A stretch of DNA of 64,000 bases from Ascoidea asiatica JCM 7603 (taxonomy: Eukaryota > Fungi > Ascomycota), in NCBI GenBank assembly GCA_001600695.1, contig BCKQ01000015.1:235451-299450 (forward strand). The letters are read 5' to 3'. The notes beneath the pieces are model-generated. The model did no database searches. It saw only the letters and a list, made by a program, of their open reading frames with translations, and had not been told where the DNA came from. A program made the translations under genes and the position numbers. Below are positions 49,104 through 60,770 of the stretch, piece after piece. Each line of letters begins with the position of its first letter. Position 1 is the first letter of the stretch.

Positions 49104-49299
49104 AAAATTTATTAAAAACCAATTTCTTTTATTCATCTATAATTTTCTATATAAAATTTATCTAATATAGCTTTGCATCTTTAGCTCTTTTTTTTTTCAA
49201 TTAAACAATTGTTCATTACTATTTTTCGTTAATATTTTCCAATTTATTATAATTTCTTTTAACTTTTGAGCTTTTAAAATAAATTTTACAAATTCTTAT

Positions 49300-51270
49300 A
49301 AAATAGAAGAAAATATTATTAAATATCAAAATAACTTTTCTGTAAAACAAGAAAAAATAATTAACTTTTTGAAATGAAAATGGAATGAAGAGTCTAATAA
49401 AAGTCGAATAAATTCAGTAGTAGTAGTTTATGGATTCTAAAATTTTGAAGAAATTATAATCTAACTTTTTTAAAATTCAATCCAAAATAGCTAAGTAAGC
49501 AAATATAACAATCAAATTTCAAAATGTAAAAATTTGAGATAATTAAGATTTTAAGATTATTTTCAAACAATAAAATATTTTTTTTTTTAATTATAAAAAA
49601 CCAGATGTTTACCTAATTTACCTAACGCATAAATTCCCTCACAAATTCAAGCCATTCATCAACCTAAGAACAAATTATCCAATAGGATCCAAAACTTGTT
49701 GTAATTTCCATTTGTGATTGTTTTAAACATGAATTATATACTGTATAAGACTAAAATATAACAAAAAACTTTTATTGAAACTTTTGGTAACTTCAAAGGT
49801 AAAGATAATATAAATGAGATGATCATTTTCATTACATTATTTTCATTACTTAAAATTATATTTGTATCTGAATAAGAAACTTGCAGTAATAATTTATTTA
49901 AAAAATTCGGTATTCAAAATTTTAAAATACTATCAATTTGTTTAATTTCATTTTGACTTATGATTTCAGAAGCTGCTACAATCTAAGATTTTTTTAAAAC
50001 TATATTCCAATTATTTAAGATTGATTCTATTTGTTTTGAATTACCTAAAATTCTAAAAGTTGCACAAGAAGTTTCTGAACTTTTATAAAGTTTTCTCAAT
50101 AAAAGTTCAAAATTTTTTGCAAATTTACTTCTTTGATTATTTTCTGAAGTTAAATTTTTAGAAATTTCATCAAAATAAGTTGAAATTAAACAAATTGATT
50201 TTTTTTTTTCATTTTTATATGATAGTGAAGATAATGATATTAATATTTTAAATTATAAATAGATAGCATTTTTATAATTTTTCATTATTTGATAAAACTA
50301 ATGAAGAACATTGTGAATAATTTCCATTTAAGAAATATGCCTTGAAAGTTTAAAGAAATTAATTTTTTGAAAAATCTTTTTGCAATTTTGTAATTTGTTT
50401 ATCATCTTGAAGAATTAAAGATTAAATATCTTCTAAATTATTTGATAACATAAACCAGACTGAATTGTTAAAAGAAATGGAGACCATGTTTTACTAAATT
50501 TAAATATTAATTTTCAAATTATGTTAAATTTAATAAACAGGCAGTTATAAATTAAATTTCAAGATTACAATCTAAACTTTGTTCAATTTCAGCTTTTAAT
50601 TTTATTCCAAAATAATAATATATTGAGTTATCTCTTGCTCTTAATCTCTTTTTATATATTTATAAGATGTATAAACATCAGCTCTTGGGATTGCGATATT
50701 ATGAAAATTACTTAAAGCAATTATTTGAAAAGTTTAACATTTCTCATCTGTATCCAATAAACAACAAATTACAAATATGGATTTCGGACTTAGGAATTAG
50801 ATTTTTCTTGTTGAAATACCAAAGTAATACTATAATTATTATTATCGTCATTCTTATTAAGTAAGATATTCTTTTTTGCTTTCTTAGTTATATTCAGCTT
50901 TTCAGCATAATCTTTTATTGGTAAATTTGATAATTTTCTAACTAAAATCAATAGATCTTCGCCATAATACAAATGCTTCAATGAGGATAAACTCAAAGAT
51001 GAACCTGATTTATTTTTTTTATAAAGGAAAAACCTTTTGATCTAAATCATCATGTTCAAGAGACCTTTTAACAGAAATCAATGAATCTGAATGATCATTT
51101 TAATTATCAATATAATCTTTCGATTTTTTAATAGCATCTATCACTAATCAATTCAGCAGATTTGGCTTCACCTTAAGCTTTGACTACCATTTGTTGGTTT
51201 TCTTGTATAGCTTTATCAACAATAAAAACTGCTTCATATCAAATATTTTCATTGATACAAACAAAATTAT
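49300..51270 (-). pseudogene. Decayed host-type gene, unidentified
   Basis: Colinear minus-strand ORF pieces with host codon bias (e.g. 50790-50996), many stops and frameshifts. Confidence 0.35.
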
Positions 51271-51721
51271 TTCAAACTTTTTTCTTTTCTTACACAGTAT
51301 TCAACACAGTATTAAAGCAGACGACCCGTGTTCTTGGTCTCAATAACTACACGCGTGTCGGTGTTTACTGAAGTGTAAACTGCATTAGACCCACAGATTT
51401 GAAAATACCAACCAGGTGGATCTACCAGCTCTGTGGGTACATTGTATGGCCTAATTTTGCATGGGCAAACAGCGTTATGTCATGTGATTTTCGGTTAGCT
51501 TTTTCCTATTTTAAAAATTGAAATTTTAGATGTTTATTTATAAAAAAAGAAGGTAGTTGAATGAATGTTATTGAAATGTAGAAATGTATTTCAACACAAG
51601 ATATAATACTGCATAATAAATTAAGCTGATTATAGATCTGTTTCTTATATATTTATTGTATTGTAACCTTTGAGTTTTGGTTTCATCATTTTTTTCTTAT
51701 CTACTTTCTTATTTATTAAAA

Positions 51722-52366
51722 ATGAATGCCCCAGATAGATATGAATTATTTATATTACCAGATGGTGTTCCAAAAGTTCAAATGGAACCAGATACTAAAA
51801 CTCCAAATTGTTCAATATTTACTTTAGAAAGAGAAGATCATACTTTAGGTAATTTACTTCAAAAAGAACTTTTAGAAGATAGAAATGTTTTATTTGCAGC
51901 TTATAAAACTCCACATCCATTATTTCCAGTTATTAAATTTAGAATTCAAACTGTTGAAGGTTGTAAACCAGAAGATGCATTAGTAAATGCTTGTAGAAAA
52001 ATTATTGTTGAATTAACATCAATTAAACTAAAATTTGATAATGAAATTGAAATTAAAAAAGTTGCATCTGGTTTACCAAATAATGATTTAACTAATGATT
52101 ATGATATGAATAATAATATGAATGATATTAATAATAATAATAGTAATAATAATAATGATGATTATAATATAACTTCAAATAATTATGATAGTAATTATCC
52201 TAATAATTATACTAATAATAATTATGATAATAATTATAATGGTGATTCTAATAATTATGATACTAATTATAATGGTAATTATGGTAACTCTAATAATAAT
52301 AATAATAATAGTAACGATAATAATAATACTTATAATGGCAGTTATAATAACTATGATAATTATTAG
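51722..52366 (+). CDS. RPB11: RNA polymerase II subunit Rpb11 with Asn/Tyr-rich C-terminal extension
   Basis: MNAPDRYELF (true ATG 51722), EDHTLGNLL, VLFAAYKTPHPL. Confidence 0.97.
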   Translation: MNAPDRYELFILPDGVPKVQMEPDTKTPNCSIFTLEREDHTLGNLLQKELLEDRNVLFAAYKTPHPLFPVIKFRIQTVEGCKPEDALVNACRKIIVELTSIKLKFDNEIEIKKVASGLPNNDLTNDYDMNNNMNDINNNNSNNNNDDYNITSNNYDSNYPNNYTNNNYDNNYNGDSNNYDTNYNGNYGNSNNNNNNSNDNNNTYNGSYNNYDNY

Positions 52367-52413
52367 TTTTAAAAAAATAAAAATCTTGTAAACTAGAAAA
52401 ACTTATATGAAAT

Positions 52414-52480
52414 GAAATTAAAATTAAAATTAAAATTAAAATTAAAATTAAAATTGAAATTGAAATTGAAATTGAAATTA
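52414..52480. repeat. (AAAATT)n/(GAAATT)n hexamer repeat
   Basis: Seen directly in the RPB11 3' region. Confidence 0.85.
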
Positions 52481-52808
52481 TATGAAATGTTATATGAAAT
52501 GTTATACTGTATGACAAAATATATAAATATCATATTAAATAACTAAATAAAAATTGTATAATGGATATAAATTAAAAAAAAAAGAAAAAAAGAAAAAAAT
52601 GAAAACTAAAAGTTTGAATAACTTTTTCATTATGTAATGAACCATTAAAGTTTGGAAAAGAAATTAGGAAGAAATGAATAAAATAATATAATTAATAAAA
52701 AAAATGTAAAGATATACAGTATGTGAATAATGTTAAAAAAGTAAAGAAATGAATGATAAAGAATTTATATATGTAAAAATATATAAAAGATATATAAAAT
52801 AAATGAGA

Positions 52809-53315
52809 TTAACAACAACAATTATTATTTGGATGATTTGGATTAATATCTATATTATTTTGATTAAAATTTGAAATTCTATTATTATGATTAATATGAT
52901 TACTATTTTTATGTTTATGTCTATTTTTATTTTTATAATTAGAATTTTGTAATAAAGGATCATTTTCATTATTATTAATATTATTAATATTATTAATATT
53001 ATTAATTTGATAATTATTTTGAAAATCAGTTGTGATTAAACTATCATCTTCATAACAATCAATAGCTTGATCAATTAAAGAACCATAAGAATTATCTAAA
53101 TTATTAGATATATTTGAATTAAATTTTTTTTTATTTAATTTTGATTGATTATTATTATTTACAATAATATTATTAATTTTTAAATTTTGATCTAATAATT
53201 TTTGTTTACCATTATTATTATTATTATGATTATTATTATTATGATTATTATTAATTAAAGATATATTATTTATTGGAATATTATTTATTGGATTATTATT
53301 AAGATTATTATTAAG

Positions 53316-53347
<32 letters not shown>

Positions 53348-54200
53348 ATTTTAATTTATTATAATTATAATTAATTGAATTAATTGTATTTAAAGTATTT
53401 ATTGTACCATTAATTGAATTTGAATCCCAAATTGGAACATCACCATATTGTACACCACATGAAGAATTTTCTGGATCTATAATACCTAATTCAACTTTTG
53501 ATAAAATCATTGAAGAAATTTTTTCAAAAATATAATTAATATTTTCACCAGTTAATGAAGAACATTGAATTAAAGGAATTTCATAATTAAATTGTTTTGA
53601 ATAATAATTACAAAGATCAATTGCATCTTTTAAAGGTACAAAATTAGATATATCATTATCATTATCATTATCATTATTTTTAGATAAAAGATCAATTTTA
53701 TTACCAATTACAATTATACTTATAGTATTATTTGTTAAATTTTTTATATCAATAAAAAATTCATTTAAATTTTTAAAAGATTGATAATTTGAAATATCAT
53801 AAATTAATAAAACTCCAGCAGTACCTCTATAATAAGATCTTGTTAAAGATCTAAATCTTTCTTGACCTGCAGTATCCCATAATTGCATTTTCATTCTCAC
53901 AATTCCATTTTTATTATGTTTATTACTATTATTATTTTTATTATTTGTAGATTTATTTGAATTTGAAATTGGATTTAGGAGAGGAGAATTGTAATGTGAA
54001 TCATATTGAGAAAGTGAATTTAAAGGAGTATTTTGTATATTACTTCCAGGAGAATAAGAGTTATTGGAAGTAGTATTAGTATTATTATTAGTATTGGTAT
54101 TGGTATTGGTATTGGTATTATTTGATATATTTAAATAGTTATTGTTTATGTTTTGATTATGATTTTGATTTTGAATTTGATTATTGATAATTTTAATTGG

Positions 54201-54236
<36 letters not shown>

Positions 54237-54428
54237 TATATTATTTAATTGACCAAGATTAATAAGTTTTGAAGAAAATTCTACACCAATTGTTTGAGAA
54301 GATAAAGAATTCCAATGACCTTTGACAAATCTATGTAAAAGACAAGATTTACCAACTTGAGAAGGACCAATTAAAATTATTTTACTTAAATAATCATAAT
54401 TAAATTTACAATTATCTTGATTAAACAT
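52809..54428 (-). CDS. YPT4: Rab4-like GTPase with large Asn-rich insertions
   Basis: GPSQVGKS, SQTIGVEF, WDTAGQERFRSLTRSYYRG, GNKID, Rab4-type GIIDPEN..CGVQYGD, C-terminal CCC. Confidence 0.85.
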
Positions 54429-54767
54429 TAGTGATATAAATATATTGTATATTTATATATATTTAAATATATTTATATATATTCATAAATATTCATAAAT
54501 ATAATGATATGTAGTTATATATATACATAAATAATGATATATATTTCTATTAGATAAATATATAAAAAGAGTATTATATTCTTGATCTATTGATTGATTG
54601 ATTGATTGTTTATTTATTGAATAAGTATTATATTAGTAAAATAATGAGTGAATGATGAATAAAAGGGTTAAAATAAATATTATTAGAATAGAATAACAGA
54701 ATACTCAGATGAATTGATGAATTGATTTGATCTTATATTATTCTCTTATTGATCTTTTATTATTATT

Positions 54768-55025
54768 GTATTATATTATATTATATTATTATATTATATT
54801 ATATTATGTTATTGATTAGTTATTACTAATATTATTATCAACTACAGTAGAAATAAAGCTTTATTTTATTCTTCTTCTTCTTCTTCTTCTTCTTCTTCTT
54901 CTTTCAGTTCCAGTTCCAGTTCAATTTCTTTTCTCAAAAAAGAAGGAATAAAACAGACGCCGAGTGAAATACGTGCAAAATGTGAAAGTGAAATGAAAGT
55001 GAAATGAAAGTGAAATGAAAGTGAT
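54768..55025. repeat. Cluster of simple repeats: (TATTA)n, (TTC)n, (GTGAAATGAAA)n
   Basis: Seen directly; explains spurious ORF 54866-55159. Confidence 0.85.
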
Positions 55026-55498
55026 GAGATTTTGTTAGTGCGTTTGTTACCGTTGCGTTGGTTGGCGGTCGTTTCGCGAATGTCCGCGGGCGAGCCGGTT
55101 TCCATGCCGTCGACAGCCCGGAACAGCACAGGAAACACGCCGGAACCGCAGGAGACCACGGCGGAGAAGCGCGCCGGAGGAATGCGAGATGCGTGAGCTG
55201 ACGCAGAGAGAAGTTAAAGATACGTTGCCCGGAAAGTTGGGGAGCAAGGTTAACGTGACCATATATCACATGACAGATGGCCGTTAATGCCGCTTGTTTT
55301 TGAAAACATACCAAATTAGGAATATGCCGGACTTAACTACAATTTAATTTAATTTATGTTTCACTATTGGAAAATGAGAAAATACAAAATTGAAGTGTAA
55401 AATACAAGTAATTTAAAATGGAACAAGAATAATAAAATGAATAATAAAAAAATAATAAAAAAATAATAAAAAGACTAATATATGATCGTAACTTTATT

Positions 55499-57355
55499 TC
55501 AATTTAATCTACTTAATAAATCTGTTAAGTTTAAAGCTCCTGATAATCCATTATTTGAAAGATTGAGTGATCCAGGTTCATTTCCATTACCAGTGCCATT
55601 ATTTTCATTATTATCCTGATCATCACTACCTTTTTCATTTCCAATTTCATTGTCATTATTATTAATAATATTCATATCATTATTATTAATTGAATTATTT
55701 GGTAATATATCATCAGATATATCTCCAAGTGGGTCATATCCATCATTGTCTTCTTCATTTTTCTCAACACTTTTCTGATCATTATTTTCATTACTTTTTT
55801 CTTCAATATTTACTTCACTTTTCTGCTTAATATTATCAGGTATATCATTATCATTATCATTATTATTTATATTAGAATTACTTTTAACTTCTGCTAAAAA
55901 TTTAGCCAATGTTAAATAATCATCTCCAATAATTTGTTTTTCATTATTTATTATTTTATTTTCACTTTCTTTATTATTTTCTTTAGTTTCTATATTAATC
56001 TTACTATCATAAGTATTATCTGTTTTTTGTTTTTTATTAGATTCTTTGAATTCATCAAAATCACCATTTATTGAATCATTTGATCTTTTATTTCCCATTG
56101 AATCATCTAAAGTTTTTGTTTTTGTTTTTGTTTTTGATTTTGATTTTGATTTTGAATTTAATTTTGTATCAATATCTGAGTCTGAATCTGAGTCTGAATC
56201 TGAATCTGAGTCTGAATCAAAGTCTAAATCATTTCTATTATTTACTTTTAAATCTGAATCTGAATCTGATTCATCTTTTGAATATTTTGGTAATTGATCA
56301 TTATTTTTATTTTCATTATTGATTTTATTATCAATATTATTATTATCAATAATATTATCAATAATATTATCATCATTATTTGTTAATTTTTCTTCTAAAT
56401 TTAATTTAATTGAATTTAAATTATTTAAAATTTCAGAAATATTATAATTTTTTAAAAATAAATTTAAATTTAACATTTTATTTTCATTTATTTTTTTTTT
56501 TTCATTATTAATTAAATTTTCTAAAAAATTTATTAAAATTTTTTCATTATTTAAATTTTTTAAAAAATTTTCTTCAATTTTTTTATAAATTATTAAATTT
56601 TTTTCAATTTTATTTAAAAAAATATTTAAATTTAAATTTTTTTTGTTATTAAAATTTATTTCAATTTTTTTATCATTACTATTATCATTACTATTATTAT
56701 TATTATTATTATTATTACTAATTTTTTTTATTGAAATTTCTTTATTTATATTATTATATTCATCTAAGAAGTTACTTAATGAAATTTCAATTAAATTTTT
56801 TTCATTATTAATTTTATTATATAAATTATTAATATCTTTTAAATTTGGATCAATTAAATTATTTAAATCACTTATCTTATCTAATTTATTTGATATTATT
56901 GGTTTCTCAATTTCATTTAATATTGGAGTTTCGTTATTATTATTATTATTATCAATTAATGAAATTTCTTTTAAAATATCATTAATTAAAATTGAAGTAA
57001 ATATTTTTCTATCTTTCCAAACATTTAAAGTTCTTTTAATTTTAAATTTATTTGATTTATTAATTAATTTATAACAATTAATTAAATCATTTTTTAAAAC
57101 TTTTGAAAATTGATTAATAAAATTTAATTTTTTTTTATTTCTTGATTTTTGTACAATATCATTACAAAGATAAATTAAATTAATTTTTTTATCAATTGGA
57201 AAATTTTTATCATTAATTAATTCACTCCATTTCTTAACAGATCTATCAGAATATCTATAATAAAATAAAACCCATTGACTTAAAGCAACAATTGAAGCTT
57301 CAGTTTGATTCAATTGATATAATTTTTTTTCAAAAGTCTGTTCACTATATGACAT
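55499..57355 (-). CDS. RTT103: Pol II CTD-interacting termination factor Rtt103
   Basis: MSYSEQTFEKKLYQLNQTEASIVALSQWVLFY...KINLIYLCNDIVQKSR...NVWKDRKIF CID domain; GYDP; C-terminal DLLSRL. Confidence 0.9.
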   Translation of the reverse strand: MSYSEQTFEKKLYQLNQTEASIVALSQWVLFYYRYSDRSVKKWSELINDKNFPIDKKINLIYLCNDIVQKSRNKKKLNFINQFSKVLKNDLINCYKLINKSNKFKIKRTLNVWKDRKIFTSILINDILKEISLIDNNNNNNETPILNEIEKPIISNKLDKISDLNNLIDPNLKDINNLYNKINNEKNLIEISLSNFLDEYNNINKEISIKKISNNNNNNNNSNDNSNDKKIEINFNNKKNLNLNIFLNKIEKNLIIYKKIEENFLKNLNNEKILINFLENLINNEKKKINENKMLNLNLFLKNYNISEILNNLNSIKLNLEEKLTNNDDNIIDNIIDNNNIDNKINNENKNNDQLPKYSKDESDSDSDLKVNNRNDLDFDSDSDSDSDSDSDSDIDTKLNSKSKSKSKTKTKTKTLDDSMGNKRSNDSINGDFDEFKESNKKQKTDNTYDSKINIETKENNKESENKIINNEKQIIGDDYLTLAKFLAEVKSNSNINNNDNDNDIPDNIKQKSEVNIEEKSNENNDQKSVEKNEEDNDGYDPLGDISDDILPNNSINNNDMNIINNNDNEIGNEKGSDDQDNNENNGTGNGNEPGSLNLSNNGLSGALNLTDLLSRLN

Positions 57356-58049
57356 AGTTATTTCTTAAAACAAAGGATTGACTAATAAGGAATTGATTGA
57401 TTGATTAATCTAGAACTGTCTGCCCAATAATCTATAATAAAAGATGATATATTCATTCACAACTTGAACCCCCAAAGACGATTGAATGATTACTTATATT
57501 TTTATATTCACTTCTCATATTCATATTCAGATTCATTATTTATTGTTGATTTCTTTCTTTCTTTCTGTATTTATTTCTATATTCACTCTTTGTCGGTAAT
57601 TTGTCAGAGTTTGATCCTTTCCAGAGAAAACAACAACAATCTGGATGAAACGGATAATGGCACGTGCCTGGTAGTATCCGGTATTCCACTGTCAGGTTTT
57701 ACACCCAAAACAAAAAACACCTTCCGTTTAGACCGGAGCTCGGATCAGGATATTTTCCATTGCACGTGTTTAAGTGAGACCAGAAACATGGTATTTCTTT
57801 GTTTTTCCTTGTTTTCTCCAACTTGCATAGAAATAAATGAATAAACAAAGGAATAAAGAAATAAAGGTTTAATCAATACATGAATTGATATTAATATTAA
57901 TATTTATTATATTATATATTGAAGAGAGGTAATGTTATAATAATCATACATCACTTAAAATAATTATTAATTATATCTATTGGAAAGACTTATTCCAGAA
58001 CACAATTACTGAAAAAACAAATAACTCCTGGTGTTACTTTAAAGATAAA

Positions 58050-58487
58050 ATGAAATCTATTAATATAATAATAATAACAATAATATCTTTAATTTCATAT
58101 TCATATTCATATCAATCTTATTGTAGATGTCAATGTGATGCTGATGATAATTATTTATTAATTGAAATTTCAACAGATTTAAAAAATTCAATTTTAGATG
58201 AAAATAATTCTTTAAAATTAAAAAATCCAGATTTACAATTTAATGAAATTTTTAAAAATGATTGTTCATTTTGTACAAAAAAATTATGTAAAAAAAAATC
58301 AAGTTTACAAAAAATTTGTAAAAAAACTGTAACTAATGAAATTATTACAACTTGTTTTCAAAGAGAATCTTTAAAAGATAAAATTATTATCTTTGGTTTT
58401 ATATTATTAACTTTATCTTTATTAATTTGGAGTTTTTCAAATAATTTTATAAAATCTAAACTTCCATATTTATTTAATAGAAAATAG
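58050..58487 (+). CDS. Small Cys-rich ER membrane protein, YPR063C-like
   Basis: Signal peptide, SYCRCQC...CSFCTKKLC...CFQRESLKD followed by a C-terminal TM helix. Confidence 0.8.
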   Translation: MKSINIIIITIISLISYSYSYQSYCRCQCDADDNYLLIEISTDLKNSILDENNSLKLKNPDLQFNEIFKNDCSFCTKKLCKKKSSLQKICKKTVTNEIITTCFQRESLKDKIIIFGFILLTLSLLIWSFSNNFIKSKLPYLFNRK

Positions 58488-58508
58488 AATATTATATTAA
58501 AATTATTA

Positions 58509-60020
58509 TTAAAATCCTAATTTTTTTTTTAATGTAAATGTAACAATAAATGGTAAACTAACAATTAAAAGAATATATTGAAATAATAATATTACACCTA
58601 AACAATCTAATTGTAAATGATCATGATTATTATCTTTTGGTGTATAAAATGATGTTAAATAAACTTGAGTTGTAAAACTTGGTAATGAAAAATTTATTGA
58701 AATTATTAATGAAAGTATAATTTCATTTTCATTTTCAAAATTTAAAAATTTAAAATTTTTAAGTATATTAATATAAATTAATCCAATTATTGGTAATATA
58801 CATAATTTTAAAATTGTTAATAAAATAACTGATTTCCAAAATCCATTTGGAGAATTTTTAAGATTTAATTTTTGAATTGTACTACCTAATAATAATAATC
58901 CAAAAGGTACTTGAGCATTTGATAAATATGATGTAAAATCCATTAAAAAATTTAAAGGAGGTAATGAATCTGGTGCATCTGGTAATGAAACTGTTGTTTT
59001 AACAAATAAAGCTTTTAACCATGGTATCATTGCTATTATTATTGAAATTATTAATGTTAATGAAGGTGGTCTTAAAAAATTGAATAAAAATGCTTTTAAA
59101 ATTCCAAAAATTTTTAAAATAAGCTGTCTTCTATTAATTCTTCTTGTTATTACTTCTATATTTTCATTACTATTTTCATTACTATTTTCATTACTATTTT
59201 CATTACTATTTTCATTACTATTTTCATTACTATTTTCATTTTCATTTTCATCAAGATTTTCTATTGATGATAATCTTAGATCAATTTCTCTAGTTCTTGT
59301 AATTATTATAGAAGTACCATTTTTTGAAACTGGTGTAAGTATATCATTTGTATTTGTATTAGTATTTGAAGATTTAGATTTAATTGATTGATCATCAGAA
59401 ATTACTAAAGTTTGAAGTTCAATTCCATTTATATTACTAGTTTCTAAATTAATTTCTGGATCAGTGACTTGAATTGAATTTTGATTAATATTATTATCAT
59501 TTAATAAATCAAATTGTATTAATTTAAATAAACCAAAATTAAATAAAAAAATAAAACTTATTAATACAAACATTAAAGCAAAAGCAATACCTTTATCAGC
59601 TTGAGTAGAAGTAAAAATAGAAGTATTTGATAAAGTTTGAATATAACCAATTGGTATATCACCATTATTATTAAATATTGAAGCTAAAAGTGAACCACCT
59701 TTCCATCTATTTGGAATTGGAGTGAAAATTGTTAAAATTAAACCAATTAAAAACCCAAAAAAAAGAATAATAATTGTAGTGAATGAAATAATTCCAATAT
59801 ATTTTAAATCTTTATAAGATATATTTATTATAATTTTATTAAAAATCATACTTGGAAGTAAAATATTAAGTATAATATTAGATAAATTTCTTGTTGTTTC
59901 AATAGATAATAATTTTTTTCTAGATAAAAAAAAACCAATAACACCTATAAAATAAATTTTTAACATTGGTTTGAATGCACACCATATTATTGTTCCAATT
60001 TCAGTTTTTTTACCTTCCAT
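58509..60020 (-). CDS. ECM3: Auxin-efflux-carrier (PIN-like) family transporter, Ecm3 paralogue
   Basis: AFKPMLKIY, LLPSMIFNKI, GDIPIGYIQT, PDAPDSLPPLNFLMDF, VPFGLLLLG, LKLCILPIIG. Confidence 0.88.
   Translation of the reverse strand: MEGKKTEIGTIIWCAFKPMLKIYFIGVIGFFLSRKKLLSIETTRNLSNIILNILLPSMIFNKIIINISYKDLKYIGIISFTTIIILFFGFLIGLILTIFTPIPNRWKGGSLLASIFNNNGDIPIGYIQTLSNTSIFTSTQADKGIAFALMFVLISFIFLFNFGLFKLIQFDLLNDNNINQNSIQVTDPEINLETSNINGIELQTLVISDDQSIKSKSSNTNTNTNDILTPVSKNGTSIIITRTREIDLRLSSIENLDENENENSNENSNENSNENSNENSNENSNENIEVITRRINRRQLILKIFGILKAFLFNFLRPPSLTLIISIIIAMIPWLKALFVKTTVSLPDAPDSLPPLNFLMDFTSYLSNAQVPFGLLLLGSTIQKLNLKNSPNGFWKSVILLTILKLCILPIIGLIYINILKNFKFLNFENENEIILSLIISINFSLPSFTTQVYLTSFYTPKDNNHDHLQLDCLGVILLFQYILLIVSLPFIVTFTLKKKLGF
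59158..59237. repeat. 12-bp coding tandem repeat (ENSN)x6
   Basis: (TTTTCATTACTA)n within the ECM3 central loop. Confidence 0.9.
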
Positions 60021-60770
60021 TTTTTCACTAAGAATTCGTTGATTATTAGCTTAATATATATTTTAATACTTATTGTAATTTATATTTTATATTATTTTGA
60101 GATTAATTTAGCAATTATTATAGAAATATTGTTATTTTTGAGCATCTTTCTACAAAAAGATCCTTTTTCTTAAAGGATAAGTCCCTGCAATAGTACCATT
60201 TTGGAAAAGAATCATAGAAATTAAGAAGAAATGAGATATGAATGAGGATATGAATAATAACCTCTTGAGATCAGTGGATGATGAAGCAAAGAATGACTGA
60301 AGACACTGAATCAGTTTCTCCCACCAAACTGAAGACTGAAGTTTACTTGAATAATTTGGATTTGCTTTCTCTTTCTCTTTGTTTGTTTGTTTATTTGTTT
60401 ATTTCTTTATTTTTTTTGTTTCTTGTTTGTTTTTTCATTTTGTGGTTTGCAGCAGATGAATAAAAAGAAAACCGAGGAAAAAAACAGGAAAAAGTGAAAA
60501 TCCGGGGTAAATACCTGAGAAATCGGGATGTGTAAAGTGAGTAAATTAAATATGAAAAAGAGTAACTAGTGGAATACCTTTGCAAATAAGACCTTTTTGG
60601 AAACATCTCGGCTAATTTGGATTATTGAAATTTTTGTTGGATGAAAATATTTGGTAGAAGAAACAACGAGAAGAAACAAGAAGAAGAGATTATTGAAAGA
60701 AAAAGAGGATTAGAAGAAAGAATTGGAATGAAAGTAGTCAGAAAGAAAGAAAAGAATGAGGGTTTGTTGA

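Noticed and set aside
51677-51721. N-terminal extension of Rpb11 in the ORF track
   Set aside because: Begins at a non-ATG codon; the conserved MNAPDR start is at 51722.
56046-57074. Antisense and alternative-frame ORFs over real genes (also 36168-36583, 52185-52517, 59080-59391, 60934-61581)
   Set aside because: Shadow ORFs produced by AAT/ATT-rich low-complexity coding sequence.
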